From a bacterium (GTDB lineage: Bacteria > Patescibacteriota > Minisyncoccia > Phycocordibacterales > UBA6065): a stretch of 52,067 bases of DNA. The translations under genes were made by a program, and so were the position numbers. Below the pieces are notes generated by a model. That model was not told the origin of the DNA and ran no database searches. It saw only the letters and a list, made by a program, of their open reading frames with translations. Shown piece by piece: positions 41,226 through 50,008 of the stretch (positions are counted from its first letter, which is position 1; each line of letters begins with the position of its first letter). The stretch lies in assembly GCA_030680695.1 (NCBI GenBank), contig JAUXUT010000149.1, forward strand, positions 302,933-354,999. The letters are read 5' to 3'.

Positions 41226-44200
41226 ATGTCGCGCTTTATCCATCTCCACACCCACAGCCACTATTCCCTGCTCAATGCCCTGCCAAAGGTGTCTGACCTT
41301 GTGGATGCGGCCAAGGCTGATGGTGCCCCTGCCATCGCTCTTACTGATAATGGTAACTTGTACGGCGCCATCGAATTTTGGAAAGAGGCCAAAAAAGCTG
41401 GCATCAAACCGATTATCGGCGTAGATTTTTATGTCGCCGCCCGTGGCCGCACGGACAAGCAATCTGGTATCGACACGCGCCGTACGCGATTGATTTTGCT
41501 CGCCAAAACTGAACAAGGTTACAAGAACCTTATCCAACTTGTCACCAAGGCGTACCTTGAAGGTTTTTATTACAAGCCGCGCATAGACCGCGAGCTTCTT
41601 GAACTGCACAAAGAAGGCATCATCGCTATTGGTTCGGCTTTCAATGGCCCGATTACTCTCGCCCTTCAAGGAAACGACATCGCCAAGGCGACTGAAATTG
41701 CGACGGCCCACAAGACTATATTCGGTGACGATTTCTATCTTGAAATCACCCATCATCCTGACATCGACGGGCACGACACATTGATGGCGCGCACCAAGGA
41801 CGTCGCCAAGAAGGCAGGCGTTCCCCTCGTCGCTGGTGGCAATGTTTATTACATAAATCCAGAAGACAAGCAGGCCCAGCAGACCTTGATGCTCGTTAAC
41901 TCGTCTGGCGACGACCGCATCAATGACGACGATATGGCGGACTTCTCGTTCATATCTGATGCAACAGCGCAGGAATTCTTTCGTGATACGCCTGAAGCCA
42001 TCGCCAATACGGAAAAAATCGCGAACGACATCACATTTGAAATGACCTTGGGTGTATGGGCCTTTCCGGAATTTAAGCTCCCACCAGGCGTCACGCCGGC
42101 TGATGCTTGGCGCAAAGTTGTGTTTGATGGCTTCGCCTTGCGTAAGGTTGAGAAAACACCCGAAGCCATTGCTCGTGTTGAGTACGAGTTGAAAGTCATA
42201 AAAGACAAGGGTTATGAGCCGTACTTTCTCATCGTGGCGGACCTTCTCCGATACGCCCGTGAAAACGGCATTCTTTCCAACATCCGAGGATCAGTTTCTG
42301 GTTCTATGGTCACGTATCTTTCTGGTATCACGAACATCGACCCGATGGTTTACGAAATTCCGTTCGAACGATTCCTGAACCCTGACCGACCTTCCGCGCC
42401 CGACATCGACATGGACTTTGCCGACGACCGCCGAGACGAGGTGATCGAATACACGCGAAAGATGTATGGCCATGACAAGGTGGCCCAAATCGGGACGTTC
42501 GGAACCATGGCTGCCAAGGGATCGGTACGAGACGTCACCCGCGCCCTGGGATATTCGGTAGAAATGGGTAACAAATTGTCTGCCCTCATCCCGATGGGCT
42601 CACAAGGATTCCCTATGACTATCAATCATGCCCTTGAAACTGTTCCCGAATTCGCCGAACTGTACAAGCAAGATCGCGATGTTCGCCGCATCATAGACCT
42701 CGCCAAAAAAATCGAAGGTTGTGCTCGCCAAATGGGAGTCCATGCCGCGGGAATCGTAATCTCACCGACCGAGCTCACGAACTTCACCCCGCTTCAATTC
42801 GACCCAAAAAGCACTGGGGATGGCACGGGCAAAATCATCACTCAGTACGATATGTATTCGATTGACGAGAACGGCGCCGGCCTTCTCAAATTCGACTTTC
42901 TTGGCTTGAAAAACCTTTCTATTATCGCGGACACGCTCAAGCTCATCGACAAAAACTACGGCGTGAAAATCGACCTAGACCTCATGCCGGTCGATGACAA
43001 GAAGACTTTCGAAATGCTCGCCCGTGGTGAAACCGCGGATTTGTTCCAGTTGAACGGCGAAGGCATGACCAAACATCTGAAAGACCTTAAACCGACAACC
43101 ATCCACGACATCAACGCGATGGTGGCTTTGTACCGACCGGGCCCGATCCAGTTCATCCCGCAATATATTGAACGCAAGCACAATCACGACCTCATCACAT
43201 ATCTCGACCCTGCATTGAAACCGATTTTGGAAAAGACGTATGGAATTCTCGTTTACCAAGACGACCTCCTCATGATGGCCAACAAGCTCGCTGGATATTC
43301 ATGGGGCGAGGTGGACAAGTTCCGAAAAGCCGTCGGAAAGAAAATCCCTGAAGAAATGGCGGCCCAAAAAGAAAAGTTCATCAAGGGATGCATAGAACAT
43401 TCCAAATGGCCAGAAAAGAAAGCTAAAGAGATTTGGAAATGGATCGAGCCATTCGCAGCGTACGGATTCAACAAGGCCCATTCAGTGTCATACGGCCGTG
43501 TGGCGTATCAAACCGCGTATCTCAAAGCGAACTACACCGTTGAATACATGGCTTCTGTTCTTACACATGAATCTGGCGAAGTGGAGAAAGTCGCCGAATC
43601 CGTCGCTGAATGTAAACGCATGGGACTTGCTGTCCTGCCTCCATCTGTGAACGAGTCATACGAGATGTTCACGGCTCTGAAAGGCACACCTGACCGCATC
43701 AGATTCGGATTGAGCTCGATCAAAAACTTCGGCGACGGCATTGCAAAAGCCATCATTGACGAACGTGAAAGTGGCGGAAGGTACAAATCATTGTCGGATT
43801 TTCTTACGCGCGTGAAGGACAAGAATCTTAACAAGAAGTCGCTCGAATCGCTCATCAAAGCTGGTGCCATGGATGAATTTGCCGACCGCACTGCCATGAT
43901 TGGCAACATTGACCGCTTGCTCGCATACAGCAAAGAAAAAGCCAAGAACGGCGGCGCGCAGGATTCCCTGTTCGGAGGCATGGCCGGGGCCGAAGAAATC
44001 CGCCTCGAAGCAGTCGCGCCGGTAACCAAGGCAGAACGCTTGCTTTGGGAAAAGGAGCTGCTCGGATTGTATATTTCTGGCCATCCTTTGGACAGATATC
44101 GCGAGGCATTAGAAAAACGCCCGATCAACATCGCCAAGTTGCGAGCCAAAGCCATGGCGGAAGTCGCCGCAGGCAAGGAATTGAGCGAGCAAATGTACGT

Positions 44201-44435
44201 CGTCGGATGCATTATCGAAGATGTGCGCCAGATAATGACCAAGAAAAACGAACCGATGGCATTCATCCGTGTCGCGGACTTGTCTGGAACAATGGAAACA
44301 GTTGCCTTCCCTCGCACATTCGCACGATATAAGAGCATGATTACCCCAGACAAATGCGTGGCGTTGAAAGCGAAGGTGAGCGAGCGCAACGGCGAGATAT
44401 CCCTTCTTGCTGAGGATTTTCACGCTCTCTCGTAA
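41226..44435 (+). CDS. dnaE: DNA polymerase III subunit alpha
   Basis: PHP (HLHTHSHYS, ALTDNGN), RGSVSGS, FERFLNPDR..PDIDMD, HAAG, YGFNKAHS, OB fold; no intein-sized insertion (1069 aa). Confidence 0.98.
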   Translation: MSRFIHLHTHSHYSLLNALPKVSDLVDAAKADGAPAIALTDNGNLYGAIEFWKEAKKAGIKPIIGVDFYVAARGRTDKQSGIDTRRTRLILLAKTEQGYKNLIQLVTKAYLEGFYYKPRIDRELLELHKEGIIAIGSAFNGPITLALQGNDIAKATEIATAHKTIFGDDFYLEITHHPDIDGHDTLMARTKDVAKKAGVPLVAGGNVYYINPEDKQAQQTLMLVNSSGDDRINDDDMADFSFISDATAQEFFRDTPEAIANTEKIANDITFEMTLGVWAFPEFKLPPGVTPADAWRKVVFDGFALRKVEKTPEAIARVEYELKVIKDKGYEPYFLIVADLLRYARENGILSNIRGSVSGSMVTYLSGITNIDPMVYEIPFERFLNPDRPSAPDIDMDFADDRRDEVIEYTRKMYGHDKVAQIGTFGTMAAKGSVRDVTRALGYSVEMGNKLSALIPMGSQGFPMTINHALETVPEFAELYKQDRDVRRIIDLAKKIEGCARQMGVHAAGIVISPTELTNFTPLQFDPKSTGDGTGKIITQYDMYSIDENGAGLLKFDFLGLKNLSIIADTLKLIDKNYGVKIDLDLMPVDDKKTFEMLARGETADLFQLNGEGMTKHLKDLKPTTIHDINAMVALYRPGPIQFIPQYIERKHNHDLITYLDPALKPILEKTYGILVYQDDLLMMANKLAGYSWGEVDKFRKAVGKKIPEEMAAQKEKFIKGCIEHSKWPEKKAKEIWKWIEPFAAYGFNKAHSVSYGRVAYQTAYLKANYTVEYMASVLTHESGEVEKVAESVAECKRMGLAVLPPSVNESYEMFTALKGTPDRIRFGLSSIKNFGDGIAKAIIDERESGGRYKSLSDFLTRVKDKNLNKKSLESLIKAGAMDEFADRTAMIGNIDRLLAYSKEKAKNGGAQDSLFGGMAGAEEIRLEAVAPVTKAERLLWEKELLGLYISGHPLDRYREALEKRPINIAKLRAKAMAEVAAGKELSEQMYVVGCIIEDVRQIMTKKNEPMAFIRVADLSGTMETVAFPRTFARYKSMITPDKCVALKAKVSERNGEISLLAEDFHALS

Positions 44436-44460
44436 AAACCGCGGCGTACGCCGCGGTTTT
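44435..44460. terminator. Bidirectional terminator
   Basis: Perfect palindrome AAAACCGCGGCG-TA-CGCCGCGGTTTT between convergent genes. Confidence 0.85.
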
Positions 44461-44471
44461 TATTTGCGAAT

Positions 44472-44960
44472 CTAAACGCGAACTGGTTCGCCGATTCCTT
44501 CATCGTCTTTGTCGTCGGCACCACCGGACCATTCCGACTCTGCTGATCCTGTGCCACCGACTTGCTTGAGGAGCCCATCGTCTCGACGCTTGGATGATCG
44601 ATCCACTTGATCTATACGTCTATGGAGTCTATTGGCTTCGAACCTTATGGTGAAATCCAAACCACCCTTGACCTTGTTAATTTTATCGTTAAGCATATCG
44701 AAATTTTCGTCGACACGATTGTCGATACCGTTCAACCTGCTGTCTATCCCGTCAAACCGTTTATCCATTGAATCAAATCTCTTGTCTATCGCATCGAACC
44801 GTTTGTCTATCCCGTCAAACCTTTTGTCCATCGAATTAAATCTATCGCCTATCGCTTTGAATCTGTCACTGAACTCCCCGAAAGTCTCATTAAGAATCTC
44901 CCGCAGTATACTAACCGTAACAACGTCAGTTTCTTTCATCGCCATCATATGAATAAGCAT
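44472..44960 (-). CDS. Heptad-repeat coiled-coil protein (exact start uncertain, MLIH/MAMK)
   Basis: (DKRFDxI/M) repeated; 21-nt period at about 44708-44868. Confidence 0.75.
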   Translation of the reverse strand: MLIHMMAMKETDVVTVSILREILNETFGEFSDRFKAIGDRFNSMDKRFDGIDKRFDAIDKRFDSMDKRFDGIDSRLNGIDNRVDENFDMLNDKINKVKGGLDFTIRFEANRLHRRIDQVDRSSKRRDDGLLKQVGGTGSAESEWSGGADDKDDEGIGEPVRV

Positions 44961-45067
44961 TATCGATTGATAATCCTATACCGTGTTCTCTGCGCGGCAA
45001 CGGATAGTGCGCAGGCGTCGCGTTAAAATGTAAGGATATTCTATCATCCGGTAGGTGCGCGCGAAGA

Positions 45068-45278
45068 TTTACAGGTCGCGGCGCATGTCGTATACTGGCC
45101 ATATCAGAGATTGCCTGGACCACCGATCCAGGGCGAGCCGAAAGGCTCGGCCGAGCCCAGCTCGCCTAATCTGAACAGAAGGTTAAACAGAGAGTTAGAA
45201 ATCTAGGTGGAACCGCGGCCGCCCGCCCTAGCAAGCACATGACGAAAGTCGTGCGCTCGCTAGGGCGCTTTAATTTTT
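45068..45278 (+). promoter_or_regulatory. Promoter and T-box riboswitch (transcription attenuator) upstream of thrS
   Basis: TTTACA-17-TATACT; AGGTGGAACCGCG T-box; antiterminator CUAGG-[UGGAACC]-GCGG/CCGC-CCUAG; competing terminator CGCCCUAGC/GCUAGGGCG plus TTTAATTTTT; ACC (Thr) at 45122-24. Confidence 0.85.
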
Positions 45279-45299
45279 ATCACCATTACAAAAACCGCC

Positions 45300-47039
45300 A
45301 TGTCATCACTCGCAGAAAAACGTCACTCGTTCGCCCATCTCCTCGCCGCAGCCGTCGAGAAAATGTATCCAGGCACCAAAAACACCATCGGTCCGGCCAT
45401 CGACAACGGCTTCTATTATGACTTTGAATTCGCTCCGGATGCAAAGCCGTCAGATAAAGATTTCCTAAAAATTGAGAAAGAGATGCGAAAGCTTCTTCCC
45501 CACTGGAAAGGCTTCGAGAAAATGGTCGTCACAGCCGAAGAGGCCCGCGCGCGATTCGCAGGCAATCCTTACAAACTTGAACTTATCGAGGAAATCGCAA
45601 ACAAAGGCGAGGAAATAACTCTGTATAAGTCAGGTGATTTTATTGACCTTTGCCGCGGTGGTCATGCAGAACCAAAAGACATGGACCCAACATCGTTCAA
45701 GCTTGACCGCATCGCTGGTGCATATTGGCGCGGCGACGAATCCAAGTCGATGCTCACCCGAATCTATGGCTTGGCTTTCGAAACAAAATCTGATCTCGAC
45801 GCATACGAGGCGCAAATCGCGGAAGCCAAGAAACGAGACCACAAAATCCTCGGCCCCGCCCTCGACCTCTTCACCTTCTCGGACCTCGTAGGCGCCGGAC
45901 TTCCCCTTTGGACACCGAAGGGCACAATCGTCCGCAACCTCCTCGATCAATTCGTTTGGTCACTACGTTCAATGCGAGAATACGAGCGCGTCGAAATCCC
46001 ACACATCACCAAGAAAGATCTGTACATAAAATCCGGCCATTGGGAAAAATATCAAAACGACCTGTTCAAGATAAAGACCCGCGAAGGTCATGAATTCGCC
46101 ATGAAGCCGATGAACTGTCCGCACCACACTCAGATATATGACCGCAAACAATGGAGTTACCGTGAATTACCACAGCGATATGCGAATACGACCACGTGTT
46201 ACCGCGACGAGCAGACTGGCGAACTTTCCGGCCTTTCTCGTGTGCGCGCCTTCGCCCAAGACGACGCCCATGTTTTCTGCCGTATGCAGGATGTGAAGGC
46301 TGAATTCCTAAAAATCTGGGATATCGTGCACGAATTTTATCCAGCGTTCGGCCTCGACCTCAAGGTGCGCTTCTCTCATCGTGATCCATCCACTCCAGAC
46401 AAATACCTCGGCGACGCGTCGCGATGGGATGTTGCAGAAGGCTTCCTCAAGGAAATCATTGACGAGAAAAAAGCAGAGTTCATGGACGGCCCTGGCGAAG
46501 CAGCATTTTACGGCCCAAAGCTCGACTTCATGGCCAAGGATTCCATCGGACGAGAATGGCAAGTGGCGACAATACAACTCGACATGGTCATGCCTGAACG
46601 CTTCGGCCTCACTTGTGTAAACGAGAAAGGCGAGAAAGAAGGCATCGTTATGATTCACGCCGCAATCATGGGATCAATCGAACGCTTCCTGTCGCTCCTT
46701 ATCGAACATACTGGTGGCGCCTTCCCTCTCTGGCTCTCGCCAGTGCAGGTCAAAGTCGTGCCTGTGCGAGAAACGAATGAGGCCGCGGCGAGCGCCGCAG
46801 GCAAAGTCCTCGCCGCGGCCGGCCTGCGCGTAGACACAGACCTCGGCCCAGCAGGATTTGGCAAGAAAGTGCGCGAGGCAAAAGATATGAAGGTGCCATA
46901 CACCGTCATCATCGGCGACAAAGATATGGAAAAAGGTGTCGTCACCCTAGAGTCTCGCGATAAGGGCAAGGTTGGCGAGTTCCCAATCGAAGAAGTTGCG
47001 GACATGCTCGCAAAAGAATCGGCATCGAAGGCCAGATAG
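45300..47039 (+). CDS. thrS: Threonine--tRNA ligase (no N-terminal TGS domain)
   Basis: HSFAHLLA, DLCRGGH, KRDHK, KPMNCPHH, YRDEQTGELSGLSRVR, AFYGPK, GSIERF. Confidence 0.98.
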   Translation: MSSLAEKRHSFAHLLAAAVEKMYPGTKNTIGPAIDNGFYYDFEFAPDAKPSDKDFLKIEKEMRKLLPHWKGFEKMVVTAEEARARFAGNPYKLELIEEIANKGEEITLYKSGDFIDLCRGGHAEPKDMDPTSFKLDRIAGAYWRGDESKSMLTRIYGLAFETKSDLDAYEAQIAEAKKRDHKILGPALDLFTFSDLVGAGLPLWTPKGTIVRNLLDQFVWSLRSMREYERVEIPHITKKDLYIKSGHWEKYQNDLFKIKTREGHEFAMKPMNCPHHTQIYDRKQWSYRELPQRYANTTTCYRDEQTGELSGLSRVRAFAQDDAHVFCRMQDVKAEFLKIWDIVHEFYPAFGLDLKVRFSHRDPSTPDKYLGDASRWDVAEGFLKEIIDEKKAEFMDGPGEAAFYGPKLDFMAKDSIGREWQVATIQLDMVMPERFGLTCVNEKGEKEGIVMIHAAIMGSIERFLSLLIEHTGGAFPLWLSPVQVKVVPVRETNEAAASAAGKVLAAAGLRVDTDLGPAGFGKKVREAKDMKVPYTVIIGDKDMEKGVVTLESRDKGKVGEFPIEEVADMLAKESASKAR

Positions 47040-47067
47040 CTCGGCACGCAAGATATAAAGGCGTAAT

Positions 47068-47096
47068 AAAAAGCCGGACCACATGGGTCCGGCTTT
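47068..47096. terminator. Bidirectional terminator
   Basis: A5-GCCGGACC-ACATG-GGTCCGGC-TTT. Confidence 0.8.
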
Positions 47097-47109
47097 GCAA
47101 AGAAAATCC

Positions 47110-47286
47110 TTAATAGTTCTTTTTGACGAGCCGTTCGACCTTGTCGATTAGCTCCATGTCGGTGAGGTTCAGGTCCTTGCGGATTTGATCCATCTCCAAC
47201 AAATTATCTCGAGTGGCTTCCCCTCGGGCCTTGATGGCCGCGAGTTCGCCGTACCTCAAGATAACTTGGTCATCTTTAGCGCTCAT
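47110..47286 (-). CDS. Small hypothetical protein (58 aa, MSAKDDQVILRYGELAAIK...KKNY)
   Basis: Manually read; AGGAGG SD and ATGA overlap with the upstream ORF; below the ORF-track cutoff. Confidence 0.75.
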   Translation of the reverse strand: MSAKDDQVILRYGELAAIKARGEATRDNLLEMDQIRKDLNLTDMELIDKVERLVKKNY

Positions 47287-47714
47287 GTCGCACCTCCTTC
47301 AGACTCACGTCTGATGTATTCGAAGGCGATTGTAAGCGCGAAGCGTCCGAGCGCGGCCCTGTCCTCGCCGATGAGGTTCCGCCAGCTTCCCTTTTCAGGG
47401 TTACCGGAACGGAGCATCATGCGGCACAGGATATTCACGCTTCCAATGAAGCTGTCGTGAATATTGCCACGCACATCTTCGATAGCTTGGCGTTCGCCTT
47501 GCTCATCGAAGATGCCTGCCGTGGCCGTCACGATCCGCTGGAAGCGGCAGACGGACTCGGCATAACGGAGCGCATCGTTGACCATGTTTTCAAAAAGCTC
47601 TTTCAGGATCGGCGTGTCGCATTGGGCCTCGAGGGCTTTGAGCGGCACAATGATCTTGAACCTCTCTCCGGACCTGGCCAGATCGGCCTTGTCCTGTGGC
47701 TGTAAGTGGTGCAT
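47283..47714 (-). CDS. Hypothetical helical protein, DUF3232-like
   Basis: R..IHDSFI.SVNIL.R and DR..LG.FA pattern recalled from DUF3232; promoter TTGACA-16-TATAAT at 47761-47734. Confidence 0.7.
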   Translation of the reverse strand: MHHLQPQDKADLARSGERFKIIVPLKALEAQCDTPILKELFENMVNDALRYAESVCRFQRIVTATAGIFDEQGERQAIEDVRGNIHDSFIGSVNILCRMMLRSGNPEKGSWRNLIGEDRAALGRFALTIAFEYIRRESEGGAT

Positions 47715-47776
47715 CAGTAAAGGTATTTATCTAATTATAGCAAATCCACAGCATTTGTCAAGTCCTTTTCAGCACC

Positions 47777-47800
47777 AATAAAACCGCCCTGTGGGACGGC
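47777..47800 (-). terminator. Probable terminator after gyrB
   Basis: Imperfect GC stem (CCGCCC/GGACGG) followed by TTTTATT on the - strand. Confidence 0.5.
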
Positions 47801-47834
47801 CTTGTTGAGCCATTTTAAACCGTGTTGAGCCGTA

Positions 47835-49898
47835 TTATACGTCGATTGTCGCCTTGTGGGCATTCGACTGGATGAAGGCCTTCCTCGACGGCACATCTGT
47901 ACCCATAAGCATGTCGAATATCTTGTCGGCGTCCTGGGCGTCTTCGATGGTGACGCGTTTTAGCATGCGGCGAGCAGGATCCATGGTCGTTTCCCAGAGT
48001 TCGTCGGCGTTCATTTCTCCGAGACCCTTGTATCGTTGAACGTGGGTCTTGACGGTCTTCTTGCCCTTCCCTGCCGCTTCTTCTTCGGCTTCTTCTTGAG
48101 CCTCGGCTGCCTCGTCAATTGGCTCTTCGGATTCGAGAGGAATCTCGTCCTTGCCTAACACCTTGGTTTTCTCGTCCTCAGTGTAGAAATACATGACTTC
48201 CTTGCCGCGCTTGACCTTGTACAGTGGTGGCTGGGCGATGTAAATATATCCGCCGTCTATGATTGGCTTGAAGTATCGATAAAGCAGAGTAAGGATGAGG
48301 GTGCGGATGTGGGCGCCGTCGACGTCTGCGTCGGTCGCGATGATTACCTTGTGATATCGGAGTTTCGAGAGATCGAAAGTCTCACCTATCGCCGTGCCCA
48401 TGGCGACGACGAGATTTTTAATCTGTTCAGATGCAAGCATACGATCGAGGCGAGCACGTTCAATGTTGAGAATCTTTCCTCGCAATGGAAGAACGGCCTG
48501 GGTTTTTCGGTTGCGTCCGGTTTTGGCGGTACCACCTGCAGAGTCTCCCTCTACGATGAAGACTTCGGATTCAGATGCGTCGGACGATTCACAGTCGGCA
48601 AGCTTGCCTGGGAGCGTCATGCCTTCGAGTGCACCCTTGCGCAAGATCGAATCCTTGGCGGCCTTGGCGGCCTTGCGAGCCTTCATGGCGAGGATGGCCT
48701 TGTTGATCATGGCCTTGGCATCGTCTGGGTTTTCCTCGAGGAAAGCCTGGAAAGCCTCGCCGAAGACGGTCGCGACCGCACCTTGTGCCTCGACCGATCC
48801 GAGCTTGGCCTTGGTCTGGCCTTCGAACTGGATTTCGCGAAGCTTTACGGATATAACCGCGGTGAGACCTTCGAGCACGTCATCGCCTGTGAATGTGTCG
48901 TCTTCCTTGCCGTTGCCGTTCTTTTTGGCGTACGAGTTGAGCGTCCTGGTAAGCGCGGTTTTGAAACCGGTAACATGAGTTCCGCCCTCGTTGTTATAGA
49001 TGTTGTTTGCAAATGGCAGGATGCGAGAAGAAATGTCGTCTACATACTGGAGAGCGACTTCGACGGATTCCACGCCTTCGGCCTTTTTCTCGATATAGAA
49101 AATGTTCTTGTGAACTGGCTTCTGGATCGAGTTTGTAAAGCGCACGAGGCTGATGAGACCACCTTCGAAATAGAAGCTTTCCGAAGGAACATCGAGTCCG
49201 AGTTCACGGAAATAGAAAACATCATCGGTATCAATCGAGCCTTTGTATTCGCGAGCGTCTATGACTGATATGCGCAAGCCACGAACAAGATATGCCTGTT
49301 GGCGCATATGGTTGACGATGCGCTTGAAATCGAATACCTGTTGGCCGAATATCGCCGTGTCAGGCTGGAAAGTGATTATGGTTCCGTGATCTTTGGACGG
49401 GCCGATTTTTTTGACGGAAGCTTTTTTCTTGCCTTGAGAATATTCCTGAACGTATTTGCCGCCGTCGCGATGGACTTCGGCTTTGGTGTATATGGAAAGC
49501 GCGTTCACGACCGATGCGCCCACGCCGTGGAGACCGCCAGATACCTTGTATCCGGAATCTTCGCCACCGAACTTGCCTCCAGCATGGAGAACAGTCATGA
49601 CGACTTCGAGCGCTGACTGTTTGGTCTTCGGATGGACGTCAACAGGGATACCGCGACCGTTGTCGGTCACTCGCACAATCTCACCTGGCATGAAAGTTAT
49701 CTCGATATCGTCAGCGTGGCCGCCCATGGCCTCGTCACGCGAGTTGTCGAAAATTTCGGTAATAAGGTGATGGAAGCCGTCGGGACCAGTGGTTCCGATG
49801 TACATTCCAGGGCGCTTGCGCACAGGTTCGAGACCTTCTAGAACTTGGATGGATTCTGCTCCATATGAACCTTTTTTCACCTTCTCTTCCTTGGCCAT
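47835..49898 (-). CDS. gyrB: DNA gyrase subunit B (start MAKEEK at 49898)
   Basis: LEPVRKRPGMYIG, DNGRGIP, GGLHGVGASVVNALS, VEGDSAGG, TDADVDG, QRYKGLGEMN. Confidence 0.97.
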   Translation of the reverse strand: MAKEEKVKKGSYGAESIQVLEGLEPVRKRPGMYIGTTGPDGFHHLITEIFDNSRDEAMGGHADDIEITFMPGEIVRVTDNGRGIPVDVHPKTKQSALEVVMTVLHAGGKFGGEDSGYKVSGGLHGVGASVVNALSIYTKAEVHRDGGKYVQEYSQGKKKASVKKIGPSKDHGTIITFQPDTAIFGQQVFDFKRIVNHMRQQAYLVRGLRISVIDAREYKGSIDTDDVFYFRELGLDVPSESFYFEGGLISLVRFTNSIQKPVHKNIFYIEKKAEGVESVEVALQYVDDISSRILPFANNIYNNEGGTHVTGFKTALTRTLNSYAKKNGNGKEDDTFTGDDVLEGLTAVISVKLREIQFEGQTKAKLGSVEAQGAVATVFGEAFQAFLEENPDDAKAMINKAILAMKARKAAKAAKDSILRKGALEGMTLPGKLADCESSDASESEVFIVEGDSAGGTAKTGRNRKTQAVLPLRGKILNIERARLDRMLASEQIKNLVVAMGTAIGETFDLSKLRYHKVIIATDADVDGAHIRTLILTLLYRYFKPIIDGGYIYIAQPPLYKVKRGKEVMYFYTEDEKTKVLGKDEIPLESEEPIDEAAEAQEEAEEEAAGKGKKTVKTHVQRYKGLGEMNADELWETTMDPARRMLKRVTIEDAQDADKIFDMLMGTDVPSRKAFIQSNAHKATIDV

Positions 49899-50008
49899 TC
49901 GTTTGGGTATTTCTAATAAATAAAACGCTTTGTTGAGCCTTTTCTGATACAAACAGTATAGCATTTTTGAGGCCAAAAATCCTCTTGACGCAAGTCGAAA
50001 TCGCGTGT

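Noticed and set aside
44708-44868. CRISPR-like periodic repeats
   Set aside because: These are contiguous 21-nt in-frame coding repeats with no spacers and no cas genes.
48060-48150. Acidic low-complexity stretch in the GyrB C-terminus
   Set aside because: It lies at the known variable insertion site of the TOPRIM tail; probably an ordinary linker.
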